From an uncultured Sphingomonadaceae bacterium (GTDB lineage Bacteria; Pseudomonadota; Alphaproteobacteria; Sphingomonadales; Sphingomonadaceae): a stretch of DNA of 64,000 nt. This document shows, one piece after another, positions 40,964 to 51,123 of this stretch. The stretch spans positions 14,873-78,872 of the forward strand of contig CANMFX010000005.1 in NCBI GenBank assembly GCA_947497315.1, given 5' to 3'. Under the pieces are notes generated by a model, which saw only the letters and a program-made list of their open reading frames with translations, had not been told where the DNA came from and searched no databases. Position 1 is the first letter of the stretch; every line of letters starts with the position of its first letter. Position numbers and translations under genes: made by a program.

Positions 40964-41950
40964 ATGCTCGACGGATTTGGCCGCAAAATAGACTATCTGC
41001 GTATCTCGGTCACCGACCGATGCAATTTCCGCTGCCAATATTGCATGTCTGAAAAGATGACGTTCATGCCAAAGAGCGAGCTGCTGACCCTGGAGGAAAT
41101 CACGCTGATAGCCGAACGGTTTATCGGTCATGGGGTTAAGAAAATTCGTCTGACCGGGGGAGAACCACTGGTCAGACGTGATATGAGCGATGTGATCCAA
41201 AGGCTTGGGCGTAAAGTCAAATCTGGTGAATTGGAAGAACTTACGCTCACGACCAATGGGTCATTGCTGGAAGAATATGCAGATCATCTGGCAGAGCATA
41301 ATGTGCGCCGGATAAATGTCAGCATGGATACGCTTGATCCCGACAAATTTGCGGAGATTACACGCGGCGCCGATGTCCATCAGGTGCTTTCCGGCATCTC
41401 AGCCGCCCGGCAAGCGGGCATAAGCGTAAAGATCAACATGGTGGCCCTGCGGGATTTTAATCAGGACGCGCTGATGCCGATGGCGGAATATTGCGCGAAA
41501 AATGATCACGACTTGACGGTTATCGAGACAATGCCCTTGGGTGACGTCGGCGCGGACCGGAAACTGGAGCATATTTCAGCAGAGGAATTTATCGCCCCCC
41601 TGTCGGATCAATATTCTGTCAGTCCGATAGCGCACAAGAGCGCGGGCCCTGCCCGCTACATGGCGGTGGAACCACTGGGATTGCGACTTGGCATGATTAC
41701 GCCGCTTAGCAATAATTTCTGCGACAACTGCAATCGTCTGCGTCTGACGACAGATGGCAAAATATTTATGTGCCTTGGTCACAACGCGCATGTTGATTTA
41801 CGCGCCGCTGTGCGCAATGAAGGCATTGAGGCTGTTGACCGGTTGCTTCAGAAAGCTTTGAAGCTCAAACCGTTACGACATGATTTTAATGCGCAACTAG
41901 ACGGGTCCGCAGAGATATTGGAGCGTCACATGAACGTCACGGGCGGATGA
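40964..41950 (+). CDS. moaA: GTP 3',8-cyclase MoaA
   Basis: CNFRCQYC, C-terminal CxxC...C cluster (CDNCNRLRL...MC), terminal GG. Confidence 0.96.
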   Translation: MLDGFGRKIDYLRISVTDRCNFRCQYCMSEKMTFMPKSELLTLEEITLIAERFIGHGVKKIRLTGGEPLVRRDMSDVIQRLGRKVKSGELEELTLTTNGSLLEEYADHLAEHNVRRINVSMDTLDPDKFAEITRGADVHQVLSGISAARQAGISVKINMVALRDFNQDALMPMAEYCAKNDHDLTVIETMPLGDVGADRKLEHISAEEFIAPLSDQYSVSPIAHKSAGPARYMAVEPLGLRLGMITPLSNNFCDNCNRLRLTTDGKIFMCLGHNAHVDLRAAVRNEGIEAVDRLLQKALKLKPLRHDFNAQLDGSAEILERHMNVTGG

Positions 41951-42720
41951 ACGAATCAAAATGGGCACTTGTCGTGTCCCCTACCCCGCAGGCACAGGAG
42001 GCGGGAAACAAACTGCAGCCTTTGATGGACTGGGTTCCGATTGAAGAAGCGGATCAAGCTGTCGTTCTGGGCGGTGATGGCTTCATGCTGCAAACATTGC
42101 ATCAAATGCTCAACCGGCGGAAAATCATGCCGGTTTATGGCATGAATCTCGGCACGGTCGGTTTCCTGATGAACAACTGGCACGAAGATGATCTAGTCCG
42201 CCGCATTGAAGGCGCACGGCCGTTCAAGGTTCGTCCGCTCAAGATGGAAGTTGAGACAATTTCCGGTGCCAGTTTTGTACTCCCAGCGATCAACGAGGTT
42301 TCCCTGCTAAGAGAGACGCGGCAAACCGCAAAACTCGAAATTCAGGTCAATAACCGAATCATGTTGGAAGAACTGGTTTGCGACGGCATATTGATCGCGA
42401 CACCAGCGGGATCGACCGCCTATAATCTGTCAGCCAACGGACCAATATTGCCGCTGGGTTCAAATCTGCTGGCCCTTACGCCGATCAGCCCGTTTCGTCC
42501 ACGACGATGGAAAGGGGCGATTTTACCAGACAAAATGCCTATCAGCATCAAGGTGTTAAATGCTGAAAAACGGCCAGTTAGTGCGGTTGGTGACCAACAA
42601 GAAGTGCGTGATGTCGCCAAGGTTACAATCTCCATTGATCGCAACCAGACACTGACCATGCTGTTTGATCCGGAGCATGCTCTGGATGATCGGATAGCAA
42701 TGGAACAATTTGTCGTTTGA
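41947..42720 (+). CDS. NAD kinase
   Basis: GGDGFML, GTVGFLMN, INEVS, ATPAGSTAYNLSANGP. Confidence 0.95.
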   Translation: MNESKWALVVSPTPQAQEAGNKLQPLMDWVPIEEADQAVVLGGDGFMLQTLHQMLNRRKIMPVYGMNLGTVGFLMNNWHEDDLVRRIEGARPFKVRPLKMEVETISGASFVLPAINEVSLLRETRQTAKLEIQVNNRIMLEELVCDGILIATPAGSTAYNLSANGPILPLGSNLLALTPISPFRPRRWKGAILPDKMPISIKVLNAEKRPVSAVGDQQEVRDVAKVTISIDRNQTLTMLFDPEHALDDRIAMEQFVV

Positions 42721-42724
42721 TGGC

Positions 42725-42753
42725 TTGCCGGGTGCGAATGACGTTGCTATAGC
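42725..42753 (+). promoter_or_regulatory. Sigma70-type promoter for tRNA-Asn
   Basis: TTGCCG-N17-TATAGC about 30 nt upstream of the tRNA. Confidence 0.55.
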
Positions 42754-42783
42754 CGCGCTCGTTGTGATGCAAATCGCTTCTAT

Positions 42784-42858
42784 TCCCCGGTAGCTCAGTG
42801 GTAGAGCAATCGACTGTTAATCGATTGGCCGATGGTTCGAATCCGTCCCGGGGAGCCA
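42784..42858 (+). tRNA. tRNA-Asn (GTT)
   Basis: Acceptor stem TCCCCGG/CCGGGGA, D-arm TAGCTCAGTGGTAGAGC, anticodon arm ATCGA-CTGTTAA-TCGAT, T-loop TTCGAAT, encoded CCA. Confidence 0.97.
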
Positions 42859-43204
42859 TTTTTCTCTTAAAACAAGACCACAAATTTATGCGGGTGCGGT
42901 CGCGTGCGATCGATCGCCTGCCTATTTTTGCGTCCACTTGATCCCGAAAGCGAACCATAATCATGCGCCTGTTGTTCACATGGAAAGCCGGTTTTGTTTT
43001 CGATATGCCCGGCTACAAATCTTTTAATATCAATTAATTAACAATGGATCTGACTTAGGCGAGTGTGACCTTTCGCAAACGCCCACCAAACCGTATCACC
43101 ACCTCAAACTTGCCAATGTCAAAGAGCCAAGTCGAGCATAACCCATGAGACGGGTTGTAGGAAAGTGAAGGGATGTTCGATTTATCCCGAATGTGAACGT
43201 TAGA

Positions 43205-43657
43205 TTAGTCAGCTGTCCAGACTTTTTTGACGGAGCTTAGCGTGAAACGAGGATAGCCATTTGAATAACTCATTTTACCAACACAAGTGCAGTAAATCCT
43301 TCTACCCAGACTGTTTTTCATAAAATCTTGGGACCATAGCTTTTTAAGGTCAGGAAAATCCATTTCAGATTTTCCTTCTGGAAGATTAATTTCAATCACG
43401 GCCAAATTTCCTACTGATTGCTCCGCACAGTCAACATCGCGCAAGAAAAAACCGTGCTCAAAATCATAGTAAGCCATTGCCGTGACTGAGATTAGCTTGC
43501 CGTCCCATTCCCTTTGAAAAGCAATATTTTTGGATAATATCGAGCATAACGACACATTTTCAGAACCGCTCAGATCTACTTCAGCATTCTCAGCACTGAC
43601 GGCCACCGAGGTCCAAATAGTGAGCCCTATCGCAAGTATTGTGGTAACCTTACGCAT
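43205..43657 (-). CDS. AT-rich secreted hypothetical protein (150 aa)
   Basis: Signal peptide MRKVTTILAIG...AVSA|E; four Cys; beta-rich pattern. Start refined to ATG 43657. Confidence 0.6.
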   Translation of the reverse strand: MRKVTTILAIGLTIWTSVAVSAENAEVDLSGSENVSLCSILSKNIAFQREWDGKLISVTAMAYYDFEHGFFLRDVDCAEQSVGNLAVIEINLPEGKSEMDFPDLKKLWSQDFMKNSLGRRIYCTCVGKMSYSNGYPRFTLSSVKKVWTAD

Positions 43658-43777
43658 AGTTAGTCTTAGCGAAGTTGATGATTGTAAGCAACTTTGATTG
43701 GGAAAGGCGAAGGCTAAAAACCCCAGGGTCCGGCTTTGCGCCCAAACGGATATTGATTCTCCTCCCCAGATCACCCA

Positions 43778-44557
43778 TCAAAATTGCTGCCAGAATATCC
43801 TGCTGGCCACATAGAGGATCAACAATGCTGTCAGTCGCCTTATCCAGCGTTCTGGCAGTGCTTTGGTCGCCAGAACACTGCCAATCTGGCCACCCACCAG
43901 TACGCCAACAAATAAAGGCCAGTAGGACAGAAGCATGTCAGCACTCTGCCCCTCTTGCCCCCAAGCCGATTTCATCAGTTGCCCAAACAGCCCGCTTGCC
44001 GAATTGACGAGAATGAAGACACTCGCGGTTGCGGCTATCCGGCGGCTGTCGGACCAGTTCATCAGCAACAGGATCGGCGCCAGAAATATGCCGCCACCGA
44101 TGCCGACCATGCCGGACAGGAAACCGATGCCGCAACCAACAATTGGCGCGAACCAGCCGCCCTGCCCTGTTTGAGTCCGTGAACCGACAACACGGTTCCG
44201 GATAAAAGGCTCTGCGAGGAGCAAGAGACCGGCAATGGTCAAGGAAAGGCCCAACAGGACGAGAAAACTGCCCTGATCTATTGCCAAACGCCCCCCGATC
44301 CACGCTGCTGGCACGGATAACAGCAGGATCGGCCAAATCCTCCGCCATTCGACCAATCCACGCGCCTGAAAACGTAACGTTCCACCCAATACCACGATGA
44401 TATTGCAGATGAGCGCCACAATCGGCAGCAGGCGATAGTCCAGATCGGCCAGAGCCAGCAGCGCGATGTAGGTCGAACCGCCGCCGAAGCCCACTGACGC
44501 GTAGAGCGCCGCTGTGAGCAGGAAGAGTAAAGCGAGACCGGCCGTGCCCAATACCAT
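43778..44557 (-). CDS. TauE/SafE-family sulfite exporter
   Basis: Repeated motifs ASVGFGGGS and SGMVGIGGGIF in an approximately 8-TM protein. Confidence 0.88.
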   Translation of the reverse strand: MVLGTAGLALLFLLTAALYASVGFGGGSTYIALLALADLDYRLLPIVALICNIIVVLGGTLRFQARGLVEWRRIWPILLLSVPAAWIGGRLAIDQGSFLVLLGLSLTIAGLLLLAEPFIRNRVVGSRTQTGQGGWFAPIVGCGIGFLSGMVGIGGGIFLAPILLLMNWSDSRRIAATASVFILVNSASGLFGQLMKSAWGQEGQSADMLLSYWPLFVGVLVGGQIGSVLATKALPERWIRRLTALLILYVASRIFWQQF

Positions 44558-44589
44558 ATCAGGTCTCGCTCGGCATGTTGCTCACAAGA

Positions 44590-47316
44590 TCAATATTTAC
44601 CGTGACAATGCTTGTATTTCCGGCCTGAACCGCACGGACATGGTGCATTTCGGCTAACGCCCTCAAAATTGACGTCAGCCGGAACCGCCCCGCCCGACTG
44701 ACGTGGCGGCAGTGCCGTTGAGACCGTACCCAATGTACCGCCGTCAATATCATTGCTGTCATCTTCACCGGTCAGAGGATCAATATGTGTGGTGAGGAAA
44801 TCGGGCAGCTCCGGCAATTCCGGTACTTCGATTTCTTCCTGGCGATGGAACTGGCTGACCGCGATGGTTTTCGTCACGCTTTCACGGATAACTTCCAGCA
44901 TGCGTTCGAACAGGCCAAAAGCCTCTTTCTTATACTCATCCAGCGGTTTCTTCTGGGCATAGGCGCGCAGGAAGACAACCTGTCGCAGGGCATCAAGCGT
45001 TGCCAGATGTTCTTTCCAGTTGTGGTCCAGTGATTCCAGCAGGATCGATTTTTCAATCTGCACCCAGATTTCCGGATCAATCTGTTCCACTTTTGCGTTA
45101 AAATCGGCATCGGCCAATTCGGCGATCCGTGTTTCAAGAATTTCCGGCTCAACCGCATCTTCCTGCAACCATGCATCGATATCGGGCGTAAGGCCAAACA
45201 CCTCTTCGACGCGCTTCTTGAGCAAGTCGATATCCCATTGTTCGGGGTAGCTTCCGGGAGGACAGCTGTCGGCAACGACTGCATTGGCGGTTTCAAGCCG
45301 CATATCTTCGACAACATCGCCTACCGTTTCTGCATCCATGATTTCAGCGCGCTGCTCGTAAATCACCTTGCGCTGATCATTCATCACGTCATCATATTCG
45401 ACAACCTGTTTACGCGCTTCATAATTGCGCGCTTCGACCTTTTTCTGGGCCGTTTCAATGGCTTTGGAGAGCCATTTACCACCAATAGCCTCACCATCTT
45501 CAAGATTCTTGTTCATCATCTTCGCAAACATCGTCTCGGTTCCGAAAATCCGAAGCAAGTCGTCTTCCAGGCAGAGATAGAAGCGGCTGAGCCCGGGATC
45601 ACCCTGACGACCCGAGCGACCACGCAACTGGTTATCGATACGGCGGCTTTCATGCCGCTCTGTGCCCAGAACAAATAAACCGCCGGCTGCGCGCACTTCT
45701 TCACGCAGCGCCCGGACTTCTTCTTCAATCTTGGCAACGGCCTTATCGCGCTCTGGACCTTCCTCCATATCGGCGAGTTCCTGCTCGATACGAAAATCAA
45801 TATTGCCACCCAATTGAATATCCGTGCCGCGGCCGGCCATGTTGGTCGCGATCGTCACCGCGCCCGGAGCACCCGCTTGTGCAACAATGTGCGCTTCCTG
45901 TTCATGAAAGCGGGCATTGAGGACATTGTGCGTCACGTCTTCCTTTTTCAGGAAGTCTGACAAAAGCTCTGATTTCTCGATGGATACCGTGCCCACCAGA
46001 ACGGGTTGGCCCTTATCGCTATGCTCTTTGATTTTCTTGGCGATTGCAGCAAATTTATCTAGCGTGTTCTTGTAAAATTCGTCATTTTCATCAAGTCGCA
46101 GAATTGGCTTGTTGGTCGGAATGGTTACGACGTTCATCTTGTAAATCTCGAAGAACTCGGCCGCCTCCGTCTCTGCAGTACCGGTCATCCCTGACAGCTT
46201 TGGGTACATACGGAAATAGTTCTGGAACGTGATCGATGCCATCGTCTGGTTTTCAGGTTCAATCTGAACACCTTCCTTGGCCTCCACCGCCTGATGCAGT
46301 CCATTGGACCAGCGGCGCCCATCCATCATACGACCGGTAAATTCGTCGATGATGACAACCTTGCCGTCCTTGACGATGTAATCGGTGTCCCGCTTACGCA
46401 TGACATTGGCCATCAAGGCCTGATTGAGGTGATGGACAACCTGCGTATTTTCATAATCGTAGAGATTACTGCCTTCTAGCAATCCCGCCTCTTCGAGCAG
46501 GCGTTCCGCTTTCTCCGTTCCATCTTCGGTCAACGATATCTGGCGACTTTTTTCGTCCTTTTCATAATCTTCTTCATCAATATGCTGAACAATCTCGTTC
46601 ACCGAAATATACAGATCTGACTTATCGTCCGTCGGGCCGGAAATGATTAGTGGCGTCCGCGCTTCGTCGATCAGGATCGAGTCCACCTCATCGACAATTG
46701 CAAAGTTGAAAGGCCGCTGCACCATCTGCCCGCGATCATGTTTCATATTGTCGCGCAAATAGTCGAAACCAAATTCGTTGTTCGTGCCATAAGTGATATC
46801 TGCCGCATAAGCCTCTCGACGCTGCTCTTCACCGATATTCGGAATGATGGTTCCGACACTCATACCCAGGAAGTTATAGACCTGGCTCATCCACTCGCCG
46901 TCACGGCGAGCCAGATAGTCGTTCACGGTAACAACATGGACACCCTTGCCTTCAATCGCGTTGAGATAGCAAGCCAGCGTGGCGACGAGCGTCTTACCTT
47001 CACCCGTCCGCATTTCGGAGATTTCGCCGCGATGCAAAACTATACCGCCAACCATCTGCACATCATAATGGCGCTGGCCCAATGTCCTTTTCGCTGCTTC
47101 ACGGACAACAGCAAATGCTTCTGGCAGAATATCGTCGAGCGTTTCGCCATTGGCCACCCGTTCGCGGAAATAGGGTGTTTTTGCTGCCAGTTCTTCATCG
47201 CTAAGCGGTTCGATTTCTGGTTCGAAAGCGTTGATTTTATCAACCACTTTCATGATGGATTTAACGTAACGGTCGTTAGAAGACCCGAATAGGGATTTGG
47301 CAAAGCCGCCGATCAT
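44590..47316 (-). CDS. secA: Protein translocase ATPase SecA
   Basis: [50 protein letters not shown]-terminal SEC-C motif [14 protein letters not shown]. Confidence 0.99.
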   Translation of the reverse strand: MIGGFAKSLFGSSNDRYVKSIMKVVDKINAFEPEIEPLSDEELAAKTPYFRERVANGETLDDILPEAFAVVREAAKRTLGQRHYDVQMVGGIVLHRGEISEMRTGEGKTLVATLACYLNAIEGKGVHVVTVNDYLARRDGEWMSQVYNFLGMSVGTIIPNIGEEQRREAYAADITYGTNNEFGFDYLRDNMKHDRGQMVQRPFNFAIVDEVDSILIDEARTPLIISGPTDDKSDLYISVNEIVQHIDEEDYEKDEKSRQISLTEDGTEKAERLLEEAGLLEGSNLYDYENTQVVHHLNQALMANVMRKRDTDYIVKDGKVVIIDEFTGRMMDGRRWSNGLHQAVEAKEGVQIEPENQTMASITFQNYFRMYPKLSGMTGTAETEAAEFFEIYKMNVVTIPTNKPILRLDENDEFYKNTLDKFAAIAKKIKEHSDKGQPVLVGTVSIEKSELLSDFLKKEDVTHNVLNARFHEQEAHIVAQAGAPGAVTIATNMAGRGTDIQLGGNIDFRIEQELADMEEGPERDKAVAKIEEEVRALREEVRAAGGLFVLGTERHESRRIDNQLRGRSGRQGDPGLSRFYLCLEDDLLRIFGTETMFAKMMNKNLEDGEAIGGKWLSKAIETAQKKVEARNYEARKQVVEYDDVMNDQRKVIYEQRAEIMDAETVGDVVEDMRLETANAVVADSCPPGSYPEQWDIDLLKKRVEEVFGLTPDIDAWLQEDAVEPEILETRIAELADADFNAKVEQIDPEIWVQIEKSILLESLDHNWKEHLATLDALRQVVFLRAYAQKKPLDEYKKEAFGLFERMLEVIRESVTKTIAVSQFHRQEEIEVPELPELPDFLTTHIDPLTGEDDSNDIDGGTLGTVSTALPPRQSGGAVPADVNFEGVSRNAPCPCGSGRKYKHCHGKY

Positions 47317-47424
47317 GATGATTTCCGATATTTCTTTAGATATTGGACGTGTTTAGCGCCCAGTCTTGTCTGCATTTGGGGACGATTGGGGACAATTCAA
47401 CGCGCGTGATTGCCCAGAAGGCGG

Positions 47425-47712
47425 CTAAGGCGCGCCTTCGACATGCTCCAGCTTGTCACCAATGGTCGACAGGACTGGCGATACCGGCCAAATAGGAGTG
47501 GTATCACGGCCGCCTTGCACGCGAACTGCAAAGGGAGAATCGCTTTGGACGAAGACCCGCCCCCCTTTGTCGCGATCAGCTGGCGCTGACAATTCCGCCT
47601 CGGAAGCCACCTCATTGCCAGCTGTCTCTGTTGCCATAGCAGCAGCCGGCGCATTAACGCCCACTGCATTGAAAAGCAGCAACATAAAACTTGCAATATA
47701 GACGTTCATCAA
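47425..47712 (-). CDS. Small secreted hypothetical protein
   Basis: Signal-peptide-like N-terminus, acidic linker, short beta-rich C-terminus; fills the secA-argJ gap. Confidence 0.5.
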   Translation of the reverse strand: MMNVYIASFMLLLFNAVGVNAPAAAMATETAGNEVASEAELSAPADRDKGGRVFVQSDSPFAVRVQGGRDTTPIWPVSPVLSTIGDKLEHVEGAP

Positions 47713-47767
47713 TAAGCCCTGTGAGAAGAACTTCGCTTTAGCAAACCAATAGATAAAGGCAAGTTAA

Positions 47768-48997
47768 GTGTCAGAAACTATATCGCCTCTTGCCCCCGCA
47801 GATATCCCAGAGCTTCCGGAAATTTCGGGCGTCACCTGCCGCATCGCCCAGGCGCGATACAAGGAATGGGATCGCTGCGACCTGACTTATATCGAACTGG
47901 CCGAAGGTACATCGGTGGCAGGCGTACTGACCCAAAGCAAATGTCCATCCACAGAAGTGGAATGGTGCCGTCAAGCCTTACCCGGCGGCAAGGCACGAGC
48001 GCTGGTCGTCAATGCTGGTAATGCAAATGCCTTTACCGGCGCGCGTGGCATGGAGGCGGTGCAACGGATATTATCGCTCACCAGCGATCATCTGGGATGC
48101 ACAGAAGAAGAGATATTCGTGTCCTCTACCGGTGTTATCGGCGAACCTTTGCCCAAGGATAGGGCCGAGGCCGGTTTGAAAGCTGCTTTCACCGCGAAGC
48201 CTTGTAGCTGGGAAGAGGCGGCTGCCACGATCATGACCACCGATACCTTTCCCAAAATGGCAACCACAAGCGCAATTGTCGGCGGGAAAACCGTATATTT
48301 GAATGGTATCGTCAAAGGATCCGGCATGATTGCGCCGGATATGGCGACAATGCTCGGTTATATTTTTACTGATGCGACTGTTGATGCCGGTCTGCTGCAG
48401 GAAATGCTGAATGCAGCGACCGCCAAAAGCTTCAACTGCATCACGGTCGACAGTGATACATCGACCAGCGACACTGTTTTGGCCTTCGCCACGGGTCAGC
48501 ATGACACCCCTGCCCTAACCTCGTTTGACGACGCCGGGGCCGATGCCTTTCAAGCAGCCCTGAGCGATCTATGTATGCAACTGGCGCATCTCGTAGTCCG
48601 CGATGGCGAAGGTGCGAGCAAATTTATCGAAATCGCTGTGACAGGCGCTCAAGACGACGAAAGCGCCAAACATATCGCTCTTTCGGTCGCCAATTCACCG
48701 CTCGTCAAAACCGCGATTGCCGGAGAAGACGCCAATTGGGGGCGGGTCGTCATGGCGGTTGGCAAAGCCGGTGAACCGGCGGATCGTGACAAGCTGTCCA
48801 TCGGATTTGGCGGTATCACCGTTGCGCGCGACGGTCTCGTGGTGCCTGATTATGATGAAGCCCCGGTCGCCGAGCATCTGAAAGGCGACGTAATTGACAT
48901 CAGCGTCGATATCGGGATCGGTAATGGCAAGGCCATAGTCTGGACCTGTGACCTGACCCATGGATATATCTCGATAAACGCCGATTACAGGAGCTAA
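47768..48997 (+). CDS. argJ: Glutamate N-acetyltransferase ArgJ
   Basis: NAGNANAFTG, SSTGVIG, KGSGMIAPDMA|TML autocleavage site, DTSTSD, WTCDLTHGYISINADY. Confidence 0.97.
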   Translation: MSETISPLAPADIPELPEISGVTCRIAQARYKEWDRCDLTYIELAEGTSVAGVLTQSKCPSTEVEWCRQALPGGKARALVVNAGNANAFTGARGMEAVQRILSLTSDHLGCTEEEIFVSSTGVIGEPLPKDRAEAGLKAAFTAKPCSWEEAAATIMTTDTFPKMATTSAIVGGKTVYLNGIVKGSGMIAPDMATMLGYIFTDATVDAGLLQEMLNAATAKSFNCITVDSDTSTSDTVLAFATGQHDTPALTSFDDAGADAFQAALSDLCMQLAHLVVRDGEGASKFIEIAVTGAQDDESAKHIALSVANSPLVKTAIAGEDANWGRVVMAVGKAGEPADRDKLSIGFGGITVARDGLVVPDYDEAPVAEHLKGDVIDISVDIGIGNGKAIVWTCDLTHGYISINADYRS

Positions 48998-48998
48998 G

Positions 48999-49898
48999 AT
49001 GACCGAAATCATATTGCACCACTATGAGAATTCCCCATTTGGGCAAGCGATGCGGCTGGCGCTGGGTTTGAAGGGCATGGACTGGAAGTCTGTCCAGCAA
49101 CCTGACATTTGCCCCAAACCGGATCTCAGCGCGCTTACCGGCGGTTATGAGCGCATACCCGTGCTGCAAATCGGATCAGAAATCTATTGTGACACAGCCG
49201 TCATTGTGGACGCGCTTGAGGCGCTTAAGCCTGAGCCAAGCCTTTATCCAGAACCACTGGGCTTTGCCGGTCGGATCATTGCTTTATGGTCGGGCGGCCT
49301 GTGGTTTATGCCTGCAGTCGGGGTCGCTCTGGGCACCAACCCTGAGATTGTCAGTGATGAATTTTGGGAAGATCGCGCTAAAAGGTTCGGCATGGATCGC
49401 CGCAAGTTTCTGCCGATGGTGCCCCATCTCACGGGGCAATTTGACGGCGGAGCGGCTTTGGTCGCTGAAACTCTAGCCGACGGACGAGACTATATAAGCG
49501 GTGACAGTGCAGGCCATGCGGACCTGATGCTTTACATGAACATCCGTTTCGCCAGTTTTGCGGGCAAAAAACCTTCAGACTTCGGTTCCGATGTTGCCGC
49601 CTGGTATGATCGTGTGGATGGCATAGGTTATGGCAATTTCGAGGAATGGTCGGGGCAGCAGGCTATCGACTATGCCAAGGCATCAGAACCGGTCAGCAGC
49701 GGTTCAGTGGATCCAGCATCCGGTTTTTCCGCTGGTGATAAGGTTTCCGTAAGAACCGAGACGCCTGATCCTGCAGCCGTTATCGGGGAATTGGTGGGTC
49801 TCAATGATAGAGAGATAATCATCAAACGAGAGGATGAACAAGTTGGTTCCTTACATGTTCATTTTCCGCGGTTGGGACAGATATTGTCGCCCGCATGA
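48999..49898 (+). CDS. Glutathione S-transferase-family protein
   Basis: YENSPF, LTGGYERIPVLQIG, IYCDT; C-terminal beta extension ending HVHFPRLG. Confidence 0.85.
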   Translation: MTEIILHHYENSPFGQAMRLALGLKGMDWKSVQQPDICPKPDLSALTGGYERIPVLQIGSEIYCDTAVIVDALEALKPEPSLYPEPLGFAGRIIALWSGGLWFMPAVGVALGTNPEIVSDEFWEDRAKRFGMDRRKFLPMVPHLTGQFDGGAALVAETLADGRDYISGDSAGHADLMLYMNIRFASFAGKKPSDFGSDVAAWYDRVDGIGYGNFEEWSGQQAIDYAKASEPVSSGSVDPASGFSAGDKVSVRTETPDPAAVIGELVGLNDREIIIKREDEQVGSLHVHFPRLGQILSPA

Positions 49899-50707
49899 AC
49901 TATTCCGGCCTCAATCTGTCGGTGCGGGATATCCTGAAAGAGGTTTCGAAAGAAGTCGTTCTCCCACATTACCAAAACCTCAAAGCCGGCGATATTGAGG
50001 AAAAGTCACCCGGTGATCTGGTAACCGTGGCTGACAGGCTGAGCGAAGAGATGCTCAGCGAAAAATTGGGTACTCTCCTGCCCGATGCAGCTATTGTGGG
50101 TGAAGAAGCCAGCGCCGCCGATTCTTCTGTCATGGAGCATCTTGGCGACAAACAGGCTTGGATTATCGACCCCATCGATGGAACCGGAAATTTTGCGGCG
50201 GGGAAACCGCCTTTTGGAATGATTGTCGCGCTGTCGCAGGAAAATGAGACTGTCGCTGGCTGGCTCTATGATCCTCTGCAAGACCGGCTTTGCTATGCTG
50301 CGAAGGGGCAAGGTGCCTTTATCAATGGTGAAAAGCTTGGCGTATCAGTCGATCCAGACGGAAAACCCATAGCCGCTCTGGCCACTGGCTTCATGACGTC
50401 ACAGCAACGCGACAAGCTTCTTCTCGCGGCTGACGGACATTATGAAATTGTCGATATTCCGCGCTGTGCGGCGGAGCAATATCCACGATTGGCGTTGGGC
50501 ACGAACCACATTTCGACCTTTGAACGCAGCCTGCCCTGGGATCATGCCGCAGGCATATTGTTCCTGAATGAAGCGGGCGGGAAAGCGGCGCGCTGGAACG
50601 GTGACGCCTATCGGCCTGCAGATCGCAAAACCGGATTGCTCGGGGCCTCATCGCCCAAACTATGGGATGAGGCCGCCGAGCTTCTGGGGGATGTTTTTAC
50701 CGATTAA
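49895..50707 (+). CDS. Inositol monophosphatase-family protein
   Basis: DLVTVAD, VGEE, WIIDPIDGTGNF, PWDHAAG. Confidence 0.92.
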   Translation: MNYSGLNLSVRDILKEVSKEVVLPHYQNLKAGDIEEKSPGDLVTVADRLSEEMLSEKLGTLLPDAAIVGEEASAADSSVMEHLGDKQAWIIDPIDGTGNFAAGKPPFGMIVALSQENETVAGWLYDPLQDRLCYAAKGQGAFINGEKLGVSVDPDGKPIAALATGFMTSQQRDKLLLAADGHYEIVDIPRCAAEQYPRLALGTNHISTFERSLPWDHAAGILFLNEAGGKAARWNGDAYRPADRKTGLLGASSPKLWDEAAELLGDVFTD

Positions 50708-50718
50708 GCTGGCCAATA

Positions 50719-51045
50719 TTAAGCGGGCAGGCTTTCTTCCAGCCATGATTTCAGCTGACTCTTTGGCGCCGCACCGACTTTAGTTTCAACCGGTTCACCA
50801 TTGTTGAACAGTATCATCGTCGGAATGCCGCGCACGCCATATTTTCCGGGCGCATCCGGGCTGTCGTCGATGTTTAGCTTGGCAATTGTCACCTGCTCGC
50901 CCAATTCGTCGCTGATTTCTTCCAGCGCGGGACCGATCATCTTACAGGGGCCGCACCATTCTGCCCAGAAGTCGACAAGCACGGGGCCGTCGGCTTTCAG
51001 GACATCTTGTTCAAAACTCTCGTCAGTAATTGCTTTGGTAGCCAT
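50719..51045 (-). CDS. trxA: Thioredoxin
   Basis: WCGPC active site, GIPTM; AGGAG RBS before ATG 51045. Confidence 0.98.
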   Translation of the reverse strand: MATKAITDESFEQDVLKADGPVLVDFWAEWCGPCKMIGPALEEISDELGEQVTIAKLNIDDSPDAPGKYGVRGIPTMILFNNGEPVETKVGAAPKSQLKSWLEESLPA

Positions 51046-51073
51046 AGGGAATCTCCTTTGCTTGTTTGAATAT

Positions 51074-51103
51074 AATCTAGGCCTGCACAGCCCATTGCTC
51101 AAG
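51074..51103 (-). promoter_or_regulatory. Internal trxA promoter (sigma70- or RpoH-like)
   Basis: The minus strand reads TTGAGC-N17-TAGATT, also readable as CTTGAG-N16-CCTAGAT. Confidence 0.55.
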
Positions 51104-51123
51104 TCTCTGCCCGAAAAGGATTT

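Noticed and set aside
42623-42979. 118-aa minus-strand ORF
   Set aside because: It is the reverse-complement translation of tRNA-Asn and the NAD kinase 3' end.
42840-44590. attR duplication of the tRNA-Asn 3' end
   Set aside because: No second copy of the tRNA 3' sequence was seen and no integrase is present, so no intact mobile element is called.
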